Program-made: the position numbers and the translations under genes
Assembly: GCA_024275415.1 (NCBI GenBank)
Contig: JAJRZD010000091.1
Coordinates: forward strand, 30,001-62,000
Length of the DNA: 32,000 bases
From: an archaeon
GTDB taxonomy: Archaea; Asgardarchaeota; Thorarchaeia; Thorarchaeales; Thorarchaeaceae
Direction of reading: 5' to 3'
Part shown: positions 18,025 to 26,339 of the stretch, one piece after another
How positions within the stretch are numbered: the stretch's first letter is position 1
How the letters are laid out: each line of letters begins with the position of its first letter
Notes under the pieces: generated by a model
What the model was told of the DNA's origin: nothing
Databases searched by the model: none
The model's input: only the letters and a program-made list of their open reading frames with translations

Positions 18025-19314
18025 CTACCGTCGCTTGATTCCTATACCGATAAGTACCAGTGCTATCAAGCCAATGATCAATCCAGCGGATGTTTCTGTT
18101 GGAATCGGGATGGAATTATTATTGTCGATTGGTATTGGCGAAGCTGTTTCTATGAGTTTCATGGAGGGGTCGTGCAACAATGAGCCCCCGTCAAAATTGG
18201 AGTATGCCAGGAAAATCAGTAGCGCAGAACCGTCTGCCCAGTACGATGCAGAAACGTCAGTCGCTTTAGATGTCCCGTTGGGTAATGTCATGACAGCTTT
18301 ATCGACCCATCTATAGAATCCGCGAGTCACATTTGTAGTGGCATCAACTAGCGCTAGATCCTGTACATCTTTACCTTCCTTGTCCTCGAATCTCTCCCCC
18401 AAATCATCGCTTATCTCCCATGCGTCGTCAGAGTCAATCTCATGCTCTCCATCCTCCTCGTCTAGCTCAAACATATAATTGTCCCCGTCTTGAGCAAGAT
18501 CCTCTTGAAGATAGTTCAGAACTGCGACTTTTGATGTGTTAGACACGTAGGGGAAGTTCCCGATTTCGATGTCCACTTTGAGTTCCACACCACCAGAAAT
18601 TGTATAGTTTGCCTTTATTCCTTCATCATCGGTGACGGTTCCATTGTAGTCGTTCATGTAGATATGTGCATAGAACTGCATAGTCATCCCCTCGAACCTT
18701 TCTAGGTTGAGGACACCATATTCATCTCCTCCATCATCATCTGTGCTATTGTCATCGTCATCACCTTCGCCAAGGGCAAATTGGCTTCCCTCATCATCCT
18801 GCATGTATCCTGGCATCCAATCCTCGAACCAGCTATCATCCCAGTCCTCACCAGTCAGTCCGCCCTTCACATAGGATGCATAGACTTCGGTGTTGCGTCC
18901 CGTGCTATCAGTCACGGCACCTGTTATCAGATTCCAGTCAAATGCTTCAAGCGGGGCGAACTGCAGTGTTTCATTGATCTGGTACACACCATCCCCGTTA
19001 ATGTCCTCGAACTCAATGACCATTAGGTAACCAACCCTGAACCGTGCAAGGCTACCATTCTCGTCAGGAGTGTACCAGTATTGATACGAAGGTAGTTTCG
19101 GGTTCAATATGACAGTCATCACCTGTGTCTGTATCCATACTGTGCCATCTTCATCGCGTTCAAAGTCTGGCTCATGATCCTCGTTATCACCATCTGCGTC
19201 TGTGGTGTGGTCATCATCGTCCCCGGTGGTCTGGGCGTTCACCGTGACCCTTGATGATAGCAGGAGGACGAGCAGCAAAAGAACTAGGACTCTGGTTATC
19301 ATGGCATGTTTCAT
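18025..19314 (-). CDS. Highly acidic type-I membrane/surface protein
   Basis: Signal peptide (RVLVLLLLVLLLSSRVTVNA), about 20% Asp+Glu by hand count, a DINGDG motif, sequons, and the C-terminal TM GLIIGLIALVLIGIGI with a KRR tail. Start at ATG 19314 or 19302. Confidence 0.8.
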   Translation of the reverse strand: MKHAMITRVLVLLLLVLLLSSRVTVNAQTTGDDDDHTTDADGDNEDHEPDFERDEDGTVWIQTQVMTVILNPKLPSYQYWYTPDENGSLARFRVGYLMVIEFEDINGDGVYQINETLQFAPLEAFDWNLITGAVTDSTGRNTEVYASYVKGGLTGEDWDDSWFEDWMPGYMQDDEGSQFALGEGDDDDNSTDDDGGDEYGVLNLERFEGMTMQFYAHIYMNDYNGTVTDDEGIKANYTISGGVELKVDIEIGNFPYVSNTSKVAVLNYLQEDLAQDGDNYMFELDEEDGEHEIDSDDAWEISDDLGERFEDKEGKDVQDLALVDATTNVTRGFYRWVDKAVMTLPNGTSKATDVSASYWADGSALLIFLAYSNFDGGSLLHDPSMKLIETASPIPIDNNNSIPIPTETSAGLIIGLIALVLIGIGIKRR

Positions 19315-19584
19315 TATCCACTCACGAATACTATGTGTTAGGCTCCATATATAATGTATATTCAGAAGAATGTTGAATTCCAAACCTTCTGGGATACCAT
19401 AGAGTTCAATGTAATAGGTTTTTCTCTATGAGGGTTCAAAACACTTCATTGAGCCTTATGACTTCTCTTGAATAACTTCTCGGTACTGGTTATTGGATCA
19501 CGCAACCCCTCTGTAGGAGATATCCTGAAGAAGAAGGGCGGCGTGCGGGGCGCTTCTGTGACAGGAACTAATGATATGAGAGGG

Positions 19585-19710
19585 CTATTTTGCTTTGTTT
19601 TTTGGTTTGACAGGAACCTCTGTCTGGCTCAAGTCATCCGACCGCGTGCTTTCCTCCCGTGATCTGATTCGTGTCAGATACGCACGCGCATAACGTCTAG
19701 CAGCCATCAT
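19585..19710 (-). CDS. Putative 41-aa small basic protein
   Basis: MMAARRYARAYLTRIRSREESTRSDDLSQTEVPVKPKNKAK, with AAGGAG at 19715-19720 and TTATATAG at 19735-19742 upstream. Confidence 0.35.
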   Translation of the reverse strand: MMAARRYARAYLTRIRSREESTRSDDLSQTEVPVKPKNKAK

Positions 19711-20276
19711 GGTACTCCTTGTATCATGCCCGTGCTATATAACTCCCACAGCTTATCATCATAGAATAGGTTACATCTGACTACCATCCACTGTCAACAA
19801 TGATATAGAAACGACTTTCTGTTGTCAGCAGCTCAGTGTTAGTTTGCCTGTAATTCCATCTGGAAGACTGCACATTCTTGCAAGATTTAGAAGATGTGAT
19901 TTGTCTGTGACATCTTTTTTCTATGATTTCACTGTTGTTATGTGTGGCATAGTTTGGGTCTGCGCCCCTTTGAAGGCATCTGATCTAGTAATATTGCCAC
20001 ACAAGAAAGGCCGCAGGGGACGTAGTAAAGCAGTCAGTCATGGGGGCAATTGCAAGCACTACCGCAAAAGGATGGAGTGTTACGCATTGAATACTACACC
20101 AAACTGCATAGGCTGGGGCAACTCCGACACCATGCCATCTTCAGGAACATGCAACCGATGCTGGACGATGTTCAAGCCAAGAGAATCCTTTTACTCTCTC
20201 GTTTTTAGTACTACCTTCATTTTCTTGCCCAAGACTCATAACTGGATTGTGTAGTTCAGGCATGAGGAATATCGTT

Positions 20277-20813
20277 ATGATTGTTGGTAAGAAGGTCAGG
20301 CTCGTTCCATTGGACACCGAGAAGCATCTTGATTACATAATGGAGCACTTCAACAATCCTCAAATGCGGGTTTATCTTGGCGGATATATCCCTGTTTCCC
20401 GTAATGCTGAGAGAGAGTGGATTGAGGCAGCCGAAGAGAGTCTGAAAAAACGAACCGATTTCCATTTTGCCATTGAAACTCATCCGGATGGTAATATGAT
20501 TGGCACACTCGGACTACACGATGTGGACTGGCTTTCCCGTTCGTGTGTTTTGGGCATTGCTATCTATGAAGAGCAGAATTGGAGCAAGGGATACGGCACA
20601 GAGTCCATCCAGCTTCTTCTTGATTTTGGGTGGGCACATCTCAATATGCGTCGCATAGAACTCGGCGTACACGATCACAATCCCCGTGCAAGACATGTGT
20701 ACGAGAAGATAGGATTCAAGCACTATGGAACTGCTCATCAAAAATACTACATTGATGGGAGATATGTAGACACACATTACATGGAAATACTCCGAGAGCA
20801 AACAGCTAGTTAA
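20277..20813 (+). CDS. GNAT N-acetyltransferase, RimJ/RimL family
   Basis: VRLVPLD, LGIAIYEEQNWSKGYGTE, HNPRARHVYEKIGFK and YIDGRYVD. Start at ATG 20277 or 20262. Confidence 0.9.
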   Translation: MIVGKKVRLVPLDTEKHLDYIMEHFNNPQMRVYLGGYIPVSRNAEREWIEAAEESLKKRTDFHFAIETHPDGNMIGTLGLHDVDWLSRSCVLGIAIYEEQNWSKGYGTESIQLLLDFGWAHLNMRRIELGVHDHNPRARHVYEKIGFKHYGTAHQKYYIDGRYVDTHYMEILREQTAS

Positions 20814-20908
20814 GTCTGGTCGTTTCTTGCTCCTCATAGAGCAATGACAAACATTTTATCATGCAAATAGCAAATGCGGAAGCTATCACCCGCGGAGTGA
20901 ACTCAGTA

Positions 20909-23900
20909 ATGGCAGAGTCAACCAAGCCGGTCTTAATCATCGGTGCTGGAATCGCTGGGATGCGTGCAGCGCTGGATCTGGCTGAAATGGGCGTTCAGGT
21001 CTACATGGTCGAGCGACTGCCTTCGATTGGAGGGCACATGAGCCAGTTGGACAAGACATTTCCTACGCTTGACTGTAGCATGTGTATCCAAGGACCATGG
21101 ATGGTCGACTGCTCACGCCACCCTAACATCGAGATACTTGCTTACTCGACTATTCAAGAGGTTTCGGGGAAGCAAGGAGATTTCAGTGTCAAGGTTCTCA
21201 AACGTACTCGTCGCGTGGATGCAGACAGGTGTACAGGCTGTGGCGACTGCGAGAGGGTATGTCCGATAGAGGTTCCTAACGAATATGATATGGGACTCAA
21301 GATGCGGAAGGCATCGTACATCCCGTTTCCACAGGCAGTGCCGAACATCGCGACAATCGATATCGACAATTGCATCCATTGCATGATGTGTAAGAACACA
21401 TGCAAGGCGGAAGCAATCAATTTCGACATCAAGGACGAAATAATAGAAATCAACGCTGGTTCTATCATCGTCGCGACAGGATACGAGTTATTGGATCCAG
21501 CGACTGTGCCCGAGTATGGATATGGGCGCTTCCCGAATGTTGTGAGCGCGCTTGAGTATGAACGGATGGTATCAGCAAGTGGTCCCACTGGCGGCGTTGT
21601 CATGCGTCCATCCGATGGTCTTGAACCTCACAAGATAGCTTTCGTCCAGTGTGTTGGTTCTCGAGATGTCAACCATTGTTCTTATTGCTCCAAGATTTGC
21701 TGTACCTATGCGACCAAGGAGGCCATCATCACCAAGGAACACACTCCTGAAGTGCACATTGACATCCTCTACAACGACATGCGGGCTTTCGGAAAGGGGT
21801 TCGAGGAATTCCTTGTCCGGGGTGAGCAAGAATACGAGATTAATTATGTCAAAGGTCTCCCCAGCGAGATACTGGAGGATCCAGAAACAAAGAATCTTAT
21901 CGTGCGTCATAGCAACGCGAAAGGACATGAGATATTATCAGACGAGTATGACATGGTCGTCCTTTGCCCCGCAATGGTTCCATCGTCCGATGCACATGTC
22001 TTTGAGAAGTTGGGCATTACAGCTGATGAATATGGGTTCATTCACGCAGCAGGAACATTCCAGAAGACTGCAGCCACAAGCATGCCGGGTATCCATATGT
22101 GCGGTGCATGTGACGAACCAAAGGACATCCCTGATTCAATAGCACAAGGGAGTGCTGCAGCTGCTCTTGCCGTTATGGACATCACAATCACTCGTGCTGA
22201 AGAAACAGAGGCACTCACTGAATCCGACCTGGAACTGATGGCTGCCGAGCCACGGATTGGGGTGATTGTCTGTTCATGCGGGATCAATATCGCGGGAACG
22301 GTTGATGTAGCTGAGGTCACCGAGTATGCAAAGACATTGCCTAATGTTGTCTACGCAGAAAATCTGCTTTACTCGTGTTCCTCAGACTCTCAGGAAGTCA
22401 TCAAGGAAGCCATCAAAGAGCACAACCTGAATCGTGTAGTTGTTGCGTCGTGTACCCCACGGACTCACGAACCATTGTTCCGTGCCACCATCGAGGAGGC
22501 AGGTCTCAACAAATACCTGTTCGAGTTGGCGAACATTCGTGAGCATTGTTCTTGGGTTCACCAATCTGATAAGGACGAGGCCACCGCAAAGGCAATGGAT
22601 CTTGTCAGGATGTCTGTGGCACGTGCGAAGCTTCTTGAGGCGCAGGAGGAAGCTGTGACCCAGATTGAGCCGGTTGTCCTCATCATTGGTGCTGGCGTTG
22701 CTGGGATGTCAGCGGCTGAAGTGGTCGCCAAGAAAGGATTCAAGGTCATTCTCGTTGAGAAAGAAGACAATGTCGGTGGATTCCTGAACGAGCTAAGCAC
22801 TGTCAATTTCAGCCATCAACCGACTTCCGAGATAATCAACGAGTTCAAGAAGAAAATCAATGGCAATGAAAACATCGAACTGTTACTCAATACAGAGGTC
22901 GAGAGTGCAAAGGGCTCTATAGGCGATTTCGAGGTCATACTGAACACACAAGGTGCGAAGAAAGAACTGAAGGTTGGAGTGGTCATCGTCGCCACAGGAG
23001 CAATGGCACTGGAAGAGAAGGGGCTCTATGGATTACAGAAGCTTTCTGAGGTCATGACTGAAGTCGAGTTTAACAACCGTCTAGTTGCTGGTGACGGCTT
23101 CAAGGATGGCGAAACATTTGCAGTAATCCACTGTGCTGGCTCCCGTGAGGATGAATCTCTTGAGAAGGCACGGACATGGTGCTCAGGTATCTGCTGTACA
23201 GTGGCGCTGGAGCACTCGTTAGAACTGCTCGACAAGTATCCCAACTCCAGAATCATCCATCTCTATCGAGACCTGCGGGTCTTCTACAAGGTGGAAGACA
23301 AATATCGGGAGGCACGTAAGAAAGGGATCATATTCCTCCGATTCGACAAGGACTCGCCGCCTAAAGTAAAGAAAGGCAAGGCTAAGACACTACGAGTCGA
23401 GGTCATGGATCAAGTTTTTGGTGCCAATATTGGGCTTGATGTTGATCATGTGGTTCTAGCCACCGCGATGGTTCCACGAGATAACAAGTACATCTCCGAG
23501 CTGTTCAAGGTGCCACTGAATATGTCGGGCTTCTTCATGGAGGCACATCCAAAGCTCCGTCCGGTTGACTTCCAGACCGATGGAGTATTCGTTGCGGGTA
23601 CTGCCACAGCACCAAAAAGCATTGCTGAGTCGATCTCACAAGGGCAGGCAGCTGCATCAAGGGCATTAGTGCCACTTATCAGAGGCATCCGGAAGGCTGA
23701 GGCAATCGTTTCAGTTGTCGATCCTGAGATATGCGTCGGATGTGGCACATGCGAGATTAACTGTGCATACAACGCCATAGAGGTCGTCCCAGGGGATGGC
23801 AGTCATGATTATGCAGTAAGCAATCCTGTCTTGTGTCAGGGTTGTGGTAAGTGTGCTGCCGGCTGTCCAGCAGGTGCCATCACAATGAAGCATTTCACTG

Positions 23901-24361
23901 ATGACCAGATAATATCGCAGATTCGTGCGGCACTTGAGAACCTCTCTCCAACGGAGCCCACCATCGTCACGATAATGTGTAACTGGTGTACCTATGCAGG
24001 GGCAGACGCTGCAGGTGTTGCACGGTTGCAGCAACCTACGAATGTACGAGACATCAGGGTGATGTGTACCGGACGGGTCAGTGTGACGCACATCCTCGAG
24101 GCATTCAGGATGGGTGCCGATATGGTCTGGATATCTGGATGCCACTTTGGCGATTGTCATTATGTGGATGGCAATGTGACCTTTGAGAGGCGTTTTGCTA
24201 TAGCAAAGAAGATCATTGAGAAGGCTGGGCTAGAGCCCGACCGGCTTCAATTCACTCAGATTAGTGCAAGCGAAGGACCCATCTGGGCTGAAACTGTGAA
24301 ACGTTTTGCGAAACTGGCTGAGAAGCTTGGACCAAGTCCATTACGACCACGGGGGCGATAA
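20909..24361 (+). CDS. hdrA: Large HdrA-family flavoprotein with two FAD modules and a C-terminal MvhD fusion
   Basis: Two GAGxAG motifs, KTFPTLDCSMC, an inserted 2x[4Fe-4S] domain, an internal VCSCG...SCTPR domain, C-terminal ferredoxin motifs, and MvhD motifs CNWC, RVMCTGRV and GCHFGDCHY. ATG 20909 preferred because ATG 20861 abuts the TATA-like box. Confidence 0.93.
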   Translation: MAESTKPVLIIGAGIAGMRAALDLAEMGVQVYMVERLPSIGGHMSQLDKTFPTLDCSMCIQGPWMVDCSRHPNIEILAYSTIQEVSGKQGDFSVKVLKRTRRVDADRCTGCGDCERVCPIEVPNEYDMGLKMRKASYIPFPQAVPNIATIDIDNCIHCMMCKNTCKAEAINFDIKDEIIEINAGSIIVATGYELLDPATVPEYGYGRFPNVVSALEYERMVSASGPTGGVVMRPSDGLEPHKIAFVQCVGSRDVNHCSYCSKICCTYATKEAIITKEHTPEVHIDILYNDMRAFGKGFEEFLVRGEQEYEINYVKGLPSEILEDPETKNLIVRHSNAKGHEILSDEYDMVVLCPAMVPSSDAHVFEKLGITADEYGFIHAAGTFQKTAATSMPGIHMCGACDEPKDIPDSIAQGSAAAALAVMDITITRAEETEALTESDLELMAAEPRIGVIVCSCGINIAGTVDVAEVTEYAKTLPNVVYAENLLYSCSSDSQEVIKEAIKEHNLNRVVVASCTPRTHEPLFRATIEEAGLNKYLFELANIREHCSWVHQSDKDEATAKAMDLVRMSVARAKLLEAQEEAVTQIEPVVLIIGAGVAGMSAAEVVAKKGFKVILVEKEDNVGGFLNELSTVNFSHQPTSEIINEFKKKINGNENIELLLNTEVESAKGSIGDFEVILNTQGAKKELKVGVVIVATGAMALEEKGLYGLQKLSEVMTEVEFNNRLVAGDGFKDGETFAVIHCAGSREDESLEKARTWCSGICCTVALEHSLELLDKYPNSRIIHLYRDLRVFYKVEDKYREARKKGIIFLRFDKDSPPKVKKGKAKTLRVEVMDQVFGANIGLDVDHVVLATAMVPRDNKYISELFKVPLNMSGFFMEAHPKLRPVDFQTDGVFVAGTATAPKSIAESISQGQAAASRALVPLIRGIRKAEAIVSVVDPEICVGCGTCEINCAYNAIEVVPGDGSHDYAVSNPVLCQGCGKCAAGCPAGAITMKHFTDDQIISQIRAALENLSPTEPTIVTIMCNWCTYAGADAAGVARLQQPTNVRDIRVMCTGRVSVTHILEAFRMGADMVWISGCHFGDCHYVDGNVTFERRFAIAKKIIEKAGLEPDRLQFTQISASEGPIWAETVKRFAKLAEKLGPSPLRPRGR

Positions 24362-24886
24362 ATGATGACAGAGAGTTGGGGTCAATTCAAAACATTTGAA
24401 GGGAAGAAGTTTGAGGCATTAGATCCTGAGTTCACAAAAGAGGTATCCACTCTAATTGGTGGACAAGACCTGACGGCTTGTTTTCAATGTGCGAAATGTT
24501 CTGCCGGATGCCCCGTGAGCGACAAGGTGAACATCCAAATCCATGAGGTCATGCGGATGCTGGTCTTCGGTTTCAAAGATGTCCTAGATACCGACATGAT
24601 TTGGTTATGTACGACCTGTTATACTTGTCAGGAACGCTGTCCTCAAGGAATCGACATCACAGACATCCTATTTGGTCTCAAGAACATGGCATTCCGTGCC
24701 GGGAAGGCTCCTTCAGGCTACCTTTCTGCAAGGCAGGGTCTCTATGACACGGGACGCCTCTATCCTCCCACGGAATGGGAGCGTGAGGATTTGGAACTCG
24801 ACCCTGTACCTGAGTTCAATATCGACGACACAAAGAAATTACTAGATAAGATGGGTCTGATGAAGTTGGAGGATGATACGCAATGA
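24362..24886 (+). CDS. hdrC: Heterodisulfide reductase subunit C (copy 3)
   Basis: CFQCAKCSAGCP and IWLCTTCYTCQERCP. Directly follows the hdrA stop codon. Confidence 0.92.
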   Translation: MMTESWGQFKTFEGKKFEALDPEFTKEVSTLIGGQDLTACFQCAKCSAGCPVSDKVNIQIHEVMRMLVFGFKDVLDTDMIWLCTTCYTCQERCPQGIDITDILFGLKNMAFRAGKAPSGYLSARQGLYDTGRLYPPTEWEREDLELDPVPEFNIDDTKKLLDKMGLMKLEDDTQ

Positions 24887-25758
24887 CTCAATCATACGAA
24901 GTATTTCTTGGATGTGCGATACCTAATCGCTTCAACAACTACGAGGCGTCTATGCGTCTGATTGCTAAGGAACTTGATATCGAACTCATCGATTTCGAAG
25001 GTGCTTCCTGTTGTGGCACTGTTGTACTCAAATCTATTGACGAAGATAGCTGGCTCGCCCTTTCGGGACGGAACATCGCTCTTGCAGAGAGTCGAGGACA
25101 TGATATTGTGACCCCCTGCAACGGGTGTTTCGGGTCACTAAAAGACACCGACCATGTGCTCCATGATAGTGAAGAGCACAGAGCACGGGTGAATCAGGCA
25201 TTGAACGAAATCGGCTTGGAGTATACAGGTACAACGAAGGTGCGACATTTTGTTGAGGTTCTCTACGAACTGAAAGATGTGATTAGAGATAAGATTGTTA
25301 ACCCTCTTGATGGACTCAGGATTGCCTTTCATCCAGGATGTCATCTTCTGCGTCCATCTAATGTTGCCGGATTTGATGACCCCGAACTACCAAGAAAAGT
25401 GGATGAACTCCTTGAGCTGACCGGCGCGAAGAGCATTCCATGGAACCTCAAGCTGCGCTGTTGTGGATCCCCACTTCTCATCGCAAGCGAGGATGTAGCC
25501 ACACAAATAATCAAAGAAAAGAATGCGTCCGCCATTGAATCTGGTGCGAACTGTATCGTCACTAACTGTCCTGCATGTCACACACAGTTCGATGTGCAAG
25601 TTTTGGGCTTGAAAGATGAGAACGAGCAATCCCTCGAACTACCTGCACTGTTTGTGACACAAGTACTTGGTGCTGCAATGGATTTAGATCGAGAGATGCT
25701 GGGCTTCGAGTTAAATCGTGTTTCGCTCGATCCTGTCAAAGAGATACTGGGCCTCTGA
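24883..25758 (+). CDS. hdrB: Heterodisulfide reductase subunit B (copy 3, divergent)
   Basis: GC, SCCG, CNGC and HPGCH, CCGSP, CPAC. ATGA overlap with hdrC. Confidence 0.92.
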   Translation: MTQSYEVFLGCAIPNRFNNYEASMRLIAKELDIELIDFEGASCCGTVVLKSIDEDSWLALSGRNIALAESRGHDIVTPCNGCFGSLKDTDHVLHDSEEHRARVNQALNEIGLEYTGTTKVRHFVEVLYELKDVIRDKIVNPLDGLRIAFHPGCHLLRPSNVAGFDDPELPRKVDELLELTGAKSIPWNLKLRCCGSPLLIASEDVATQIIKEKNASAIESGANCIVTNCPACHTQFDVQVLGLKDENEQSLELPALFVTQVLGAAMDLDREMLGFELNRVSLDPVKEILGL

Positions 25759-25760
25759 GG

Positions 25761-26339
25761 TCACTTTGCCAACCGACTCTCACCATAGAAGATTTCGCCA
25801 AGCCGCTTCATAGCATCCCGTACACAGTCCTTGTTACCACTGACCTGAAGGTGTCGCTCGCCGTCCAGACTAATGAGCACTCCGCACTCCTCAGCAAGTT
25901 CGCTTACCACTTCGACAGGGATGTCATCGGGAAGTTTGATTCTGAAGAATCCAACATTTTTCTCGCGGGGCAGATCTGAGATATGAATGGGTTTGTCATC
26001 AATCCTCGGGATAATTCGTCCATCAAGAGCATCTTGGAACCTTCTTTCCCATTCCATTCTGGCATTAATGCCTTTTTTTTCTTCGAGCCAGACCATCATT
26101 GTTTCTCTTAATCTCAAGATTTTAAGTTCCATCTCTTCTCTTAGTCGCATATCAGCATGGGATGTAGTGCTGATGTCCTCCTCGAACGAACGCAGATACT
26201 CGATAGTCATCTTTGAGTTTCGCAAATCCGCAAATGTCAGGTCTGGGATGAATGCATCAGTGGCTTGGAGTTCGCCGAGCAGGTCATTGAGAACCATCCA
26301 AGCGGCGCTCAAACCATCAAGGGTGACCATTATCCTCAC
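25761..26339 (-). CDS. DUF2096-like archaeal protein
   Basis: The N-terminal WMVLNDLL pattern and C-terminal RIKLP...ELAEECGVLI...VSGNKDCVRDAMK match my recollection of DUF2096. GTGA overlap with the upstream hdrA stop; alternative ATG at 26330. Confidence 0.7.
   Translation of the reverse strand: MRIMVTLDGLSAAWMVLNDLLGELQATDAFIPDLTFADLRNSKMTIEYLRSFEEDISTTSHADMRLREEMELKILRLRETMMVWLEEKKGINARMEWERRFQDALDGRIIPRIDDKPIHISDLPREKNVGFFRIKLPDDIPVEVVSELAEECGVLISLDGERHLQVSGNKDCVRDAMKRLGEIFYGESRLAK

Noticed and set aside
19585-19610. A_AAA_AAC slippery heptamer near the end of the 41-aa ORF
   Set aside because: The -1 frame closes after about 11 codons, and I saw no stimulatory structure.
19559-19617. 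Direct repeat TGACAGGAAC present twice
   Set aside because: Only two 10-bp copies, with no array or spacer structure, so it is not CRISPR-like.
19844-20254. 136-aa ORF from the track, and a short overlapping frame (…VLRIEYYTKLHRLGQLRHHAIF…)
   Set aside because: TTG start with no clear RBS, atypical composition and no recognisable family. The vague ligase-like or GIY-YIG-like look of the second frame is too weak to support a call.
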